Assembly: GCF_006345805.1 (NCBI RefSeq) | Contig: NC_043008.1 | Location: 36,642,001-36,706,000 of the forward strand | Direction of reading: 5' to 3' | DNA length: 64,000 nt | DNA from: Octopus sinensis | Lineage: Eukaryota | In this document: positions 12,933 through 26,088 of the stretch, piece by piece | Layout of the letters: each line of letters starts with the position of its first letter | Position numbering within the stretch: position 1 is the stretch's first letter | Position numbers and translations under genes: made by a program | The notes under the pieces: generated by a model | What the model was told of the DNA's origin: nothing | The model's input: only the letters and a program-made list of their open reading frames with translations | The model's database searches: none

Positions 12933-13162
12933 TTAACCCTTTAGCATTCAGATTATACTGTCAAATGTAATGCTTATTTATTCACATTGTTTTGAATTCA
13001 TCGTGCATTATCTTGTAGCTTTTGAGATTTCAATGATGTGATTGGTTATTTTCAGAATGATGTTGCCAGGTAGGTTTGAGAGGCCAGGTTTGGCCAGTTT
13101 TAACATAAAACAGGTGGAATATTTTGGGCCATATATGGCTGGCTTTAATTCTAAAGGGCTGA
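12933..13162 (+). mobile_element. piggyBac-type MITE family 2 (other copies 50683-50913 and 54345-54570; fragment ~63776-63820)
   Basis: TTAA-CCCTTTAGCATT ... AAT(T/G)CTAAAGGG-(TTAA) termini and a shared internal sequence. Confidence 0.75.
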
Positions 13163-13729
13163 TTTAAGTTTCTAGCAGTTCATGGTACTTTAGATACATG
13201 GGAGATTTATAATTAATAGGCTAGAGGTGTATTGACAAATTATTGTTATATGATTGCAGATAGTTTGGCAAATCGGTTATTCAAAGTTTTGGAACCAAGA
13301 ATACCTGAAAATTTGATGTACCTGTATAAGGATGAAGACTGAAATGGTAGATGAAGCAAAAAGAGTCCAATCTGGTCTGTGACTCAGATGACAGCAAGAT
13401 GTATGGTCTTTCAAAGATAATCTCTGGATGGAATACAGACTTGCGGTGAGCCTCTGTCAAAGGGATTGAGACCCCACCATATTTATAACTGCACTCATAG
13501 TAAATCATGGTTAGATGGAGATCCTTGATATTCAACCTGCTGAGAGCAGATGACATCTGATTGATCAACCTGTCTAAGGAAAATCTCAGGCCCAACCTGA
13601 AGTGGGCCAAACTCCAGCCATATGAACTGGAGACTATGGCTGTGGGTAGATATGATTGGTGCTACTGACATTCCAGAACAGCAAACAACTTTCAAGCTGA
13701 GCAGTGTATTCTGTGCCTCAAGGCATCAA

Positions 13730-13975
13730 TCGAAGGAGAAGGGCTTTCTCTGTCCGGTTTGCGGATCCGTGGAGTGGGCTGCCAGACGGGATAGTGAAGA
13801 TACCGACGACCGCTCGATTCAAAGTCTCTCTTGACCGGAAATGGCCTGGGCTCTTTGTATGACCATCCTCCCTGTGCATGGCTCTATGTCCCCCTGCATG
13901 GCCTTGCTTTTGCTTTTTGAGCCAATAAAAATTAAATTAAAAATTAAAATTAAATTAAAATTAAATAAAAAAAAA
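13730..13975 (+). mobile_element. CR1 LINE 3' end, same family as 52465-52793
   Basis: Near-identical to 52575-52790. (AAATT)n-type tail. Confidence 0.8.
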
Positions 13976-14204
13976 TCTCTTGCCCCTATTAACAGTGTTC
14001 CATGTCTTATCTTCATATCTAACTTTGGTCTCAAAATTCATATTTGTATCTACCTTGATGAACCAATACATCATCTTCCTTTGTCTATGGAACATTCCCC
14101 TCATACATGCACAGACATTATTATTGTATCAGTTTCTTTGATATCTGTTCTTGTTCAGGTAGCAAGGTACCATAGTTGATTCCTTATCTATATTTGTTCT
14201 GAGG

Positions 14205-14532
14205 GCGCGTGGCTTAGTGGTTAGGGCATTCGGCTCATGATCGTAAGGTTGTGAGTTCGATTCCCGGCGACGCGTTGTGTCCTTGAGCAAGACACTTTAT
14301 TTCACGTTGCTCCAGTCCACTCAGCTGGCAAAAATGAGTTGTACTTGTATTTCAAAGGGTCAGCCTTGTCACTCTCTGTGTCACGCTGATTATCCCCGAG
14401 AACTACGTTAAGGGTACACGTGTCTGTGGAATGCTCAGCCATTTGCACGTTAATTTCATGAGCAAGCTGTTCCGTTGATCGTATCAGCTGGGACCCTCGT
14501 CGTCGTAACCGGCGGAGTCTTTTAAGTCTTTA
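14205..14532 (+). mobile_element. tRNA-derived SINE family B (head H2 + tail T1) with 13-bp TSD
   Basis: A box TGGCTTAGTGG, B box GTTCGATTCC. Direct repeat ATTTGTTCTGAGG at 14192-14204 and 14533-14545. Confidence 0.88.
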
Positions 14533-15618
14533 ATTTGTTCTGAGGTAGAGGTAATTATTTTATCTTTAATTATAAGACAGAGGATGAAGGTTCAAATCTA
14601 ACTGAAGTTAAATATTCTATATTGTATATGTGTAAAGTTTTTTTATTCTGTTCTTTTTTCTAAACACCTTTTGTATATATCATTTTGTTGTATATTTATC
14701 ACTTTGTTGTATATATATTATTTGATTGTATGTATTTACTTTTGTTGTGTATATATATATCATTTTGTTATGTATATATGATTTTATTGTGTATATATAT
14801 AAATATTATTTTGTTGTATATATATCTACTCACCAGAGCAGCAGCATGCAAACAATTGCATTTATCTTTTATTATTGTCAAAGTTAAATCAAAATTAAGT
14901 TCTTTAAAGATATGCATAAGTTTCAAGTTTACAGAACCAAATAAAATAATACAGATGCACGAATAGAGATACCTTCATCAACCAAGTTAGATGCACCCAG
15001 CAAACTTTTAAATGTTTCCCACTTTCTAAATTTTCAGCTTTGTCAAAATGAAACCAGTGTCTGTTGCACATTGGAGTTATTCTACTCCATGGCCGAGTCA
15101 TGACTAATTTCACTGATTAACATTCCAAAGGTTAATTAGCTTTAATAATGATAATGAACAGCTTCATATGTTTAATACCCCATTGAGAATGATTTCATCA
15201 TATTGATTCTGCTTGAGAACTATTTTAAGGGTATATGTCTGTGGAATATTCAGCCACTTACATGCTAATTCAATGAGCAGGTAGTTCACTTAGATACCTG
15301 GAATAGTTGAAACTTATGAGGATCCATTTTTATTCATATTAAGTTATTCTTCCTATTGCTCTCCTTCTCATCATTTAATGTCCACTGCTTTCATGGGTCA
15401 AAGGGAATTTTCTGAGGGATATTTTCTAGAGTCAGGTGCCTTTCTTGTCACCAATCCCCACCGTTTCCAAGCAAGGTAGTATTTCCCCCCTCATGGCCCA
15501 ATAATAAGTTTTAAACAAAAGACTGGGAAAAAGCAACATTGTTTCTATGACATTGCTGCTCATTTGCAACCATCATGTGATGTCAAGATAAGGGTGCACA
15601 TTTACATGTGTGTGTGTG

Positions 15619-15865
15619 GAGGTGCATGGCTTAGTGGTTAGGGTTTCACCATCATGATCATAAGATTGTGGTTTCGATTCCTGCACCGGGCGACGCGTTG
15701 TGTTCTTGAGCAAAACACTTCATTTCATGTTGCTCCAGTCCACTCAGCTGGCAAAAATGAGTAACGCTGCGATGGACTGGCATCCCATCTAGCTAGGGAA
15801 CACATGCACCATAGAAACCAGGAAACCGGGCCCATGAGCCTGACTAGGCTTTAAAAGGGCGCATT
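15619..15865 (+). mobile_element. SINE family B (head H2 + tail T2); related copies 22905-23155 and 26317-26568
   Basis: Same tRNA head as 14205, followed by the tail GCGATGGACTGGCATCCC..GCCCATGAGCC. Confidence 0.8.
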
Positions 15866-16040
15866 TATATTTATATATATATATATATATATTACAATAA
15901 ATGTAAGCAAACCAATGTTTGCCTTAAAAGCACTGAAATATGCATTGTGAGATACAAATAAGATAATAATTTATTTTCTAATCCACAAACACTGATAGAA
16001 AAGCAGAGACACGATAAGATATCCATATATATATATATAT

Positions 16041-16127
<87 letters not shown>

Positions 16128-16555
16128 CAGATTGAGAGAGAGAGAGAGATTAAGATTGAAATATCTTGTCTTTGAATTAGCACACATAAGTGGTTTAGTA
16201 TTTCACAGATTCATGTCCTCTTGAAATAATTCACAAACAGAACTAAAGGAACAGAGCGACCCTTTAACTTACATCTACTACCCATTCAATGGGCTTCCAC
16301 ACTGTTTGCATACATCTAATTTCACTCATTGCACTTAGGTCAACTCGAGACTATGTTATCTTCACTGTGTGTGGCTGAGCATTATCCTGATGGAAGAAAA
16401 CCTTTCATCTTGAAACCAAAGATGGTTGTTGTTTTTATAGTGCTGACTTAAGGCCACTCAAGTGCCTATATAGTAGGTACTTGCCCAAGATGCCACACGT
16501 TTGGATTGAACCAAGAATGAAGTCATTGCAGATTGAACTTTTTATATAAAAATAC

Positions 16556-16905
16556 GAACGTGGCCATTGCCAGCGCCGCCCCGACTGGCTTCTGTGCCGG
16601 TGGCACGTAAAAGGCACCATCCGTTTGTGGCCGTTTGCCAGCCTCGCCTGGCCTCCGTGCCAGTGGCATGTACAAAGCACCATCTGATCGTGGCTGTTTG
16701 CCAGCCTCGCCTGGCACCTGTGCCGGTGGCACGTAAAAAGCAACCGCTACACTCATGGAGTTGTTGGCGTTAAGAAGGGCATCCAGCTGTAGAAACATTG
16801 CCAGATCAGACTGGAGCCTGGTGCAGCCTCCTGGCTTCCCAGACCCCAGTTGCACCGTCCAACCCATGCCAGCATGGAAAGCGGACGCTAAACGATGATG
16901 ATGAT
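16556..16905 (+). mobile_element. RTE LINE 3'-UTR tail with internal ~60-bp repeats
   Basis: Three GTGCC(G/A)GTGGCA(C/T)GTA..GCACC units, then the conserved tail and (GAT)n. Confidence 0.8.
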
Positions 16906-17157
16906 GTTAATGATCTGTGTCATTCATTGGGAATGTTGTTTCCTTATCCTTGTGTTTTCATTCTGGTCACAGGATAATGCAGATGTTTTGTGAGTTCTAC
17001 CAAAATGTTAAAGATAACACTCAATCCCTGCAGTGTATTTTCTTTAGCATTAAATGTACTGCTTTTGTTGTATCTCAGGAGTGTCAGCATGTTATTAATA
17101 AACAAATGATTAATTAGTCAAATGTCAAGAAATAGGCTAATAATCCTTCCTATTACT

Positions 17158-17340
17158 GGTACAAGATCTGAAATTTCTGGGAAGGGAACTAGTCAATTAC
17201 ATGGACCCCAGTATGCAACTGGCACTTATGTTATTGACCCTAAAAGGATGAAAGGCAAAGTTGACCTCAGCAGAATTTGAACTCTGACTGTAAAGAGGGA
17301 CAAAATACCACTAAGAATTTTGTCTAGCATGCTAACAGAT
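17158..17340 (-). mobile_element. SINE family C (further copies 35120-35322 -, 40676-40880 +, 44014-44216 -, 48552-48735 +)
   Basis: Shared core TTTGCCTTTCATCCTTT.GGGGTC.ATAA..AAGT(A/G)CCAGTT. Confidence 0.75.
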
Positions 17341-17785
17341 TGGTTAATAATAATAAAAACAAAACAAATAAAACAAGAGAAATATAACCAGTACATGTGT
17401 TTATCATTGGTATAATGACCCTCCCAAAATCAGTTTCAACACATGATTTCTTATTAATAATCTTGCAAGTCAAACAGAAAAATGAAATATTGAATATTAA
17501 TCAATTGAAATTTATCCACTCCTCTCCTCAAATATGTTTGTGTTCAATTTGCTATTTGTTCTGCATGTAACAAGCATCCCTGAGGTGTATTTTACATACG
17601 GATTTATTTTTTCATACTCAGAGTTGTCTGAGTATGGGACAAAATAACTTGTGGTATTTATTCTTCCTCACTGAGGTCAGCTTTGCCTTTCATCCTTTGA
17701 GACACAATACAATAAAATACCAATCACAGGGTTTTGATTTGGCATAAGTGTTAGAGCATCAAATACCTTGTACCTTTTGGTATTG

Positions 17786-17822
<37 letters not shown>

Positions 17823-18169
17823 CTAAAAATAACTAAAAATTAGGGTTTCTGAGAGACACCACCATGCCAAAATAGCAGTCAAATCCCTGACTCTAAGAAC
17901 CACCATAAATGTTCATATCGCACCATGAGATAAGACCAAGGGACAAAATAGACTAGCAAAAAATTATTACCTTTCTATGGTATTTATTCCCATGCTGACC
18001 ACTTGATAATACCGATATTTAAAATATTGATATTATCCTTATTTGTAAATATATATATATATTTATTTATATATATATATATTTATTTATATATATATAT
18101 ATTTATTTATAAATAATGCATTTTTTAATAAAATTTTTCTCTAAATTTTGATAAAGATTTTCTAATTTA

Positions 18170-18815
18170 AAATATACTCTCCTTCTATCATTTGGTTTGG
18201 GTTTAAAATTTTAAAGTGGACTAAACCTTTCATATTCCAGTAAACAGGTGACACCTTACTTGGGTGAAGACCTTTAGCCTGGGATGCCAGTGTTTCTCCT
18301 TTCCCTACCCACTATCTTTGGCACTTAACATTTTTATAGAGAACCCATTTCTTGTCATCAGTCACTATTCAGTCCAAAAATGGTTAATAATTGAGGCATG
18401 ACAGCAAAGAGGAGCATACATTCACTCTCTGTGCGCAACTAGACTCAGAATGTTTGTGAGGAACCCATTGGCCCAATTTGTTGAATTTTCTGTTGGCACA
18501 CAGATGTCGATGAATGGTTGAATGACCAAATCCAAGCTTCTCTGTTAGTTCTTCAACAGTTACAATGGGATTTTGTTCCACCAGGGTTTGCAGGACATCC
18601 TTGTTGAGCTCTACAGATCTTCCAGGATGAGGCTCATCTTCTGGGTTGTAGTTTCCAGCTTGGAATTTCTGGAACCACTGTTGATACTGGCTTACACTTA
18701 TTGCTCAAATCCCATATACTGCATTAATATTCCTCACACTTTCTGTTGCATTGTTGCCTTTATTGAACTCATAAGGCAATATATGCCGAATACACTCCTT
18801 TGTCATTTAGATTAT
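18170..18815 (-). mobile_element. Mariner transposase pseudogene fragment
   Basis: EFNKGNNATES..QQWFQKFQAGN..EDEPHPGR..EQNPIVTVEELTEKLGFGHSTIHRHL..KLGQWVPHK..IVTDDKKWVLYKN. Confidence 0.85.
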
Positions 18816-19336
18816 AGCTTTGAAAAATAATTGTTAAAATCAAACTCCACTCTTCAAAACATGCATTAAGAATAATGTATGCGTATATGTTTGTGTGTCT
18901 GTTTTTGTACCCTCAACATCGCTTGACAACCGATGGTGGTGTGTTTGCATCTCTGTAACTTAGTGGTTTGGCAAAAAAGACCAATAGAATAAGTACAAGG
19001 CTTACAAAGAATAAGTTCTGGGGTCGATTTGATCGACTAATGGTGGTGCTCCAGCGTGGCTGCAGTCAAATGATTGAAACAAGTAAAAGAGTAGAGTATA
19101 GCAATGTATGTGAATATAACTGAAGATGCAGTTGGGCACCATGTATTGAGTTCTCTTTTGTTTCCATTTGTTTACAATCACACACATGTCAAACATACAC
19201 ATGTCAAACACACACATGTCAAACACACACACACATACACACACACACACACACACACATACTTGCTGGAAGCTGAAGCTTCAATATATACAGTAACAAC
19301 TTAATGATATCCTGCACTAATGACATTTAAAATCTT

Positions 19337-19427
<91 letters not shown>

Positions 19428-20179
19428 CTATACATGTGTATATGAAAATAAAGCCTTAATAGTTAATTTATATAATCATCATTATCATTTAATGTCTGTT
19501 TCACATGCTGATCTGGGTAAGATAGATCTGAGGAGATTGTCTTGTTTCATGGTTCCAATGGCTGGGTACCTTTCCCTCATATCAACCACTTTACAGAAAG
19601 TACAAATTGCTCTTTTTGTTTTTGTGGCACAAGTTTTTGTGTGTTAGTGTATCAAGGCAATTACCACACTAGGACAGTTACTCATCTTGGTTAATTACCC
19701 ACTTTCCAATATATCTAGAAGTTCTAAATCATTATCTGTTGTCTTCAGGTGTAATTGTTCTTGGTGGGGGAGGGTTATTGTACATGGGGTGGAGTAAATG
19801 TTCTAGACTCGTAGGTTAGACTTAATACATAGCCTGGCTTGAAACCACCACCAACAACTCCTCCTCCTCCTCCTCCTGGCCTTTAATGGAGTTCAGCTTA
19901 TTATGAATCTTTTCCTCCCTTCCTTTCACTATTTTTGGAGGCCCTGATGAGGCAGCTATTCACCACCCAAAATCTCAACACTCATTCACGAAAATTCTCT
20001 ATATCTTTCTAGCCACACACACACAATGCATACATACATATACATATGCACATATATATATATGCATTAAGCAAATTCCTATTAGAAATAAATATTTGTT
20101 TTAAGCACAAAACAGCAAATAATATATCAAAGAGACATTTTGAGTGTGTGTGGATATATTTGAGGCTTAAATCTATATA

Positions 20180-20337
20180 GGTGCAGGAGTGGCTATGTGG
20201 TAAGTAGCTTGCTTACCAACCACATGGTTCCGGGTTCATTCATGGCACCTTGGGCAAATGTCTTCTACTATAGCCTCGAGCTGACCAAAGCCTTGTGAAT
20301 GGATTTGGTAGACGGAAACTGAAAGAAGCCCATCGTA

Positions 20338-20370
<33 letters not shown>

Positions 20371-20620
20371 GATGATGATGATGATGATGATGTATGTGTG
20401 TGTATATGTTTGTGTGTCTGTGTTTGTCTCCCCCAACATCGCTTGACAACCGATGGTGGTGTGTTTGCATCTCTGTAACTTAGTGGTTTGGCAAAAGAGA
20501 CCGATAGAATAAGTACTAGGCTTACAAAGAATAAGTCCTGGGGTTGATTTGCTCGACTTATGGTGGTGCTCCAGCGTGGCTGCAGTGAAATGACTGAAAC
20601 AAGTAAAAGAGTAAAAGAGT
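20180..20620 (+). mobile_element. SINE family A (full length)
   Basis: Colinear with 516-928. Confidence 0.88.
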
Positions 20621-20821
20621 AGAGTATAGCAATGTGAATATAACTGAAGATGCAGTTGGGCACCATGTATTGAGTTCTCTTTTGTTTCCATTTGTTTACA
20701 ATCACACACACGTCAAACACACACACACTTGCTGGAAGCTGAATCTTCAATATATACAGTAACAACTTAATGATATCCTGCACTAATGACATTTAAAATC
20801 TCTCTCTCTCACATACATATA

Positions 20822-21038
20822 GTCTTTTACTCTTTTACTTGTTTCAGTCATTTGACTGCGGCCATGCTGGAGCACCGCCTTTAGTCGAGCAAATCGACCC
20901 CGGGACGTATTCTTTGTAAGCCCAGTACTTATTCTCTCGGTCTGTTTTGCCGAACCGCTAAGTGACGGGGACGTAAACACACCAGCATTGGTTGTCAAGC
21001 AATGCTAGGAGGACAAACATATATACACACACACACAC

Positions 21039-21076
<38 letters not shown>

Positions 21077-21238
21077 GACAGGCTTCTTTCAGTTTCCGTC
21101 CACCAAATCCACTCACAAGGCATTGGTCGGCCCAGGGCTATAGTAGAAGACACTTGCCCAAGATGCCACGCAGTGGGACTGAACCCAGAACCATGTGGTT
21201 GGTAAGCAAGCTACTTACAACACAGCCACTCCTGCGCC
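20822..21238 (-). mobile_element. SINE family A, young subfamily
   Basis: Full-length reverse copy. Diagnostic TACTGGGC..GTCCCGGGGTCG shared with copies at 28032 and 53433. Confidence 0.9.
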
Positions 21239-21744
21239 TATATATATTATATATATATATGTATGTATATATATATGTTTGTACACGTGTATATGAAAAT
21301 AAAGCCTTAATAGTTAATTGCACAAAATAAGTGTTGAACATTTAATATTGATTACTTTGAAAGTTAAATGAATTCAGTGCACTTTAATTATGTGCATGTG
21401 AGTGGTTGTTCCTTCAGTTAGTGATTTGGTTACTTTTGCATGTTAACTTGTTGATGTTTGTGTGCACACACTGCTTCACCTTCTCTCAGCTGCTCTTTTC
21501 TCCGAAAACTTTTCAATTAATTCATATTTTCAATTAATTCACATAGTTCATCTAGCTAATGAAAATAGGTGCAAATATGGCTGTGAGGTTAAGAAAATTG
21601 CTTCACAACCATATGATTTTGGGTTCAGTCCCACAGCACAGCACTACCTTGGGCAAGTGTCTTCTACCATCACCTCAGGCCAACCAATACCTTGTCAGTG
21701 AATTTGAAAGGTGTAAATTTTATGTAAGCCCATATGTCTGTCTG

Positions 21745-21796
<52 letters not shown>

Positions 21797-21881
21797 AATT
21801 AATAAATAAAATATATGCATACATACATATATGTACGTACCTACATCTACATGTATATATACATACATACATATATATATA

Positions 21882-22545
21882 TGAGTACATGACACCACAA
21901 ATAGACGTAGAACTCAACGAGAAACGAAAACATAAAAACAAACATGGAAACGGACTTTTTTTTAACAACGAAAAAACAGAGTACAAGACAAACAATACAA
22001 AGAATATTCCCCTTCATCAGCTGTCCCTGGTTCGACTCCATGCATGTTTCGAAGGTAAGGACAGAACACGACCTGTCAAACCAGTCCTTCCTGCAAAAGA
22101 ATTAAATAAAATTCCTTTGCAGAGGGGTAAAAACAAGGGAAGAAAAAAATGTGACAAAAACAGGACGTAAAAGCAATACAAATAAAAATACAAATAAAGA
22201 TATGAATACAAATACAAAAAAATACAGTACACATAAAGAATAAAAACAGGATAAGGAAACCAACATTGAGGGCCTTTTTTTAAGCCTAGACGATGGAAAA
22301 ATTCAGAGCGCAAGAAATAAGTTGTGTTGACCTGTAGAAGGCTGCAGGCGAAAGGAAGCTGGTTGACTCGGCAGTGAGAGAGATGAGGAGGAGTGAGAGA
22401 GATGAGGAGGAGTGAGAGAGAGAGATAGAGAGGAAAGGAAACCAGAAAGGGTGAAAAATAAGAAGGAGAGAGACAGGCAAAGAGGAAGACAGACAGGAAG
22501 GTAGGAAAGGTCAAGCAAGGGGTTACAGAGTTTCACGTCATAATT
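21882..22545 (-). mobile_element. Probable Penelope-like element 3' remnant embedded in TA-rich microsatellite
   Basis: Pyrimidine-rich minus strand with CTGATGA and TCGAAAC motifs and several hairpins. Bounded by (TA)n-rich runs. Confidence 0.45.
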
Positions 22546-22788
22546 ATATATAAAAACTTACTTGGAGAAAAGAAAAGAAACGAAACGACGCGATATATAT
22601 GTATATATATGTATATATATATATATATATGAAAAAACAAGTAAAAAATAGAAAATGCTAAAATAATTTTATAGTGAACATTTCAGTACCGGTTTCGGTC
22701 ATACGTACATATATATATATATATATGTCATCGTCCAACCCATGCTAGCATCGAGAACAGACGTTAAAAGATGATGATGATGATGATG

Positions 22789-22826
<38 letters not shown>

Positions 22827-24916
22827 CTATTATTATTATCTGTCACAGTCTGTCTTCCATTCTGGGTGCATTGTATGCCAATGTCTGTTTCTATGTCTGG
22901 ATGTGGAGGTGCATGGCTTAGTGGTTAGGGCGTTGGACTCATGATCATAAGATTGTGGTTTTGATTCCTGGACCGGTTGATGCATTGTGTTCTTGAGCGA
23001 AACACTTCATTTCATGTTGCTCCAGCTAACTCCGTTGGTAAAATTGAATGATCCCGCGACAGACCAGCATCCTGTCCAAGTGGGGAATATATATACCATG
23101 AAACCTAGAGACCAACTATACAGGTTGGTGTGACTCAAGAAGGTAACTTTACCACTTACCAATGGCTGGATGTCCTTCCTAATGCCTACCACATTACAGA
23201 ATGTACTGGCTACTTTTTCATGGAACCAGTATTAGTGAGGTTGCCCTGCAGATGACAAAGCTATGATCTCCTTCTACTGAGTGGGGCTGTAGTGGAAAAG
23301 GAGGTGGAGCTGTGTTAGAAGAGAAATGGTTGAAGTATCAGAGAAGGGGCCAGAATAGAAAGGGTTTCTTGCTTTAGAGAAGCTTCATGGCTATTCACAT
23401 TGTACTTGAGTGGGCGAGTGCAACCAGGGTGGAGATAGAAAGGGAAAGTAGTTGTAATGATATGTCAGGGTGGACTCTGAAGGTGTAAGAAGGTAGATGG
23501 AGGTGAGTGGGGGACTGAAGAACAAGACTGAAGTGTATAGGTGTGTGAGAGAGGGTTTGAGTGGAGATGTAATGTAGAACAAGGGTTAGGAGTGGTTATA
23601 TATATATATATATATATCTATTCAAAACCAAGAGGAGAATGGAGATTTATTAACATCCAAAAGTTTTTTATTCAGCCTCTATCTGTTGTGTTTTTTTGTC
23701 TTAACATCACATGATGGTTGTAAATGAGTGTTACTGTCGTACAAGCAGTGTTGTTCATTTTATATCTTTCATGAAGGTGTATCTGGTCATGGGGAAATAT
23801 TATCTTGCTTGAAAACAGGTGAGGTTTGGTGACAAGAAGGGCATCCAGCTGTAGAAAATCTGCTTTAAACAAGTTCCATCTGAGCCATACAAGAATGGAT
23901 AAGTGGAGGCTGAAACAATGAAAATGATGATGATGATAATTGTTAACATGTATAAGATATATTATGATTCTTATGTTTGATGAAATGTGTACATTACCAA
24001 AATAGATGGATGGAAGCATCAAGCCAAGTCTGGCTTCAGGAGGCTCGTGGAACATCCATAATGATTTTCTGGCCTATGAGCAAGATGGTTTGTGTTTTCC
24101 TGGAACTCAATAATATCTCATATGAGTAATTGAACTTAGTACCTGTTTACAGCTATGTGGTCTGAGCCAAACAGAATTACTGACACAGCGCTATCATCTT
24201 GCCTATGACAGGATAAAAACTGTTGACTTCTGGGATGGATTTCCACTGTCTTGTTCATTTGGCCGTTGTCACTGTCAACTACTAAGATATAATGGAGCTA
24301 TTCAAATTTTCATAGTCAGGAAAGAAATAATTTGAATTTAATGATTAATTTTCAGTTGAAATAATTATTGGATTTGTAAGTTTGATTTGTCACTTTTTCT
24401 CACATGTGATGAATTTTGAACTGGTTTGGCCATCAGAATATTTATTGAATGCGTATTGACACTATGATCGTTATGATTTTTAAGTTAGTGACTTATGGCA
24501 GGGTCATCTTGCTAAGAAAAATACATGTACTGATGGCAGTTCTTTATTTTGTGCTATTTAAACAGTAAAATATAAAGAAGACCATAACCAGTGTGTGTAT
24601 TTTCATTGATCTGGAACATAAGGACAAACAAAAAAGAAGTATGTCTGTAACCAGTGTATGAATATTCTTGGCAAGATGACCCTCCCACTGGTCTATAAAC
24701 CAAAAGCTATAATGATGATTGATTTGCAGCTTTCTCATTCCCAGTTTATTATGAAATTTACGCCCAAGATAAATTCATTTCTAAATATTCTTTTGTTTGA
24801 TTGTATTTCAATTTTTTGAATTCAAAATTTTTCCACGTGTGATGAATTTTTGAACTGGTTTGGCCATTGGAATTGCTATCGAATATTTAAATATTGTCCT
24901 GTGTGTTTTGTTTCAG

Positions 24917-25037
24917 CTCTACAAGTTTGGAGAGACTGTATCAATCTGTTTTTGGACTGATACATGGCAACCGGATAGTTTTTATGACAAAATAGCGTCT
25001 AACCGAGAGAAAGGGATGCATACTCTGTGTCTTTTGG
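24917..25037 (+). CDS. DPH5: DPH5 internal exon (121 nt): [40 protein letters not shown]
   Basis: Acceptor ttgtttcAG, donor GTaggt. [10 protein letters not shown] and GMHTLCLLD motifs. Lies inside supplied ORF 24860..25171. Confidence 0.97.
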
Positions 25038-25790
25038 GTAGGTCAACCATTTTATTTCTTTGTCTAGTTTCAGGGAAAACTTGCATCGATAACAGAAAAA
25101 ATGCCATCATTTTAAATTGGAGTTTGGAAAAAAAAGAATTCCTGAAATATGCGGTAAACGGTTTTACATAATATTGTAGTAGTAGTAGTAGTAATAGCAG
25201 TAGTTGTTGTTGTTGTTGTTGTTGTTGTAGTAGTAGTAGTAGTAGTCTTAGTAGTTTCTCTAGTTATTTTTTTGTTGCATTGTGACAAGCCCTGTAGTGT
25301 AAGTGGTAAATCTAGCAACAAACCAAGCTGGCGACCCAGGTTCAATTCCTGCTTACCACTCTTTGTTCTTTACCTTCATTTCACTTCACTTTACTTAGAA
25401 TGCTCCTGGCTCTTAGAAAAACGTCATCAATGCCCTCAAATCCCCTTTTCCTGTCTTTCCTTAAAGTCAACAGAGCTGATCATCCAATGTTAACATGACT
25501 TTAGTCAAGGAAAATCACACAATTGACTCTGCATTTCACTAGTGCATGATACCAATAAACCACCAAAATCACCTGTTTTTCTCTTCTAGCTGCATTACAA
25601 GTAGTAACAGTAGTAGTTGTTGTTGTTGTAGTGGTGATAGTAGTAGTAGTAGTAGTGCATGGAAATAAATTATGTAATCTTTTACTTGTAGCTACAGAAA
25701 TGAAAAGAAACAGAAGCTTAGTCTTCACTGATGAGAGTGTGTGACTTCAATGACTTGTAGCACACTTGTACATTTTGTTTGTTGTTTTAG

Positions 25791-26088
25791 GTAAAAAGCA
25801 CCCTCTACACTCATGGTAAAAAGCACCCACTACACTCATGGTAAAAAGCACCCACTACACTCATGGTAAAAAGCACCCACTACACTCATGGTAAAAAGCA
25901 TCCACTACACTCATGGTAAAAAGCACCCACTACACTCATGGTAAAAAGCACCCACTACACTCATGGTAAAAAGCACCCACTACACTCATGGTAAAAAGCA
26001 CCCACTACACTCATGGTAAAAAGCACCCACTACACTCATGGTAAAAAGCACCCTCTACACTCATGGTAAAAAGCACCCACTACACTCA
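25791..26088 (+). repeat. 25-bp tandem repeat, 12 units, at the 5' end of an RTE tail insertion (tail continues to 26234)
   Basis: Unit GTAAAAAGCACCCACTACACTCATG starts at 25791, 25816 ... 26066. The last unit runs on into the normal RTE 3' UTR. Confidence 0.95.

Larger units (their letters stand above)
18880..21319 (+). repeat. Local duplication: ~18880-19468 and ~20400-21319 (second copy interrupted by a SINE)
   Basis: The SINE-A 3' half plus the same downstream flank (GAAGATGCAGTTGGGCACC...GAAAATAAAGCCTTAATAGTTAATT) occurs twice. Confidence 0.88.

Noticed and set aside
14205-14275. tRNA gene (also the heads at 63610-63680 and 34860-34929)
   Set aside because: A and B boxes are present, but each runs on into a SINE body, with a TSD at 14205. 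These are SINE heads.
19943-19975. Hammerhead starting at CTGATGAGGC
   Set aside because: No convincing stem II partner or GAAA/stem III downstream.
24406-24480. C/D box snoRNA (GTGATGA box C; also ~24839)
   Set aside because: No properly placed CTGA box D or terminal stem. Better explained as a local duplication.
25791-26088. CRISPR-like array
   Set aside because: Head-to-tail repeats with no unique spacers, no cas genes, and a eukaryotic context.
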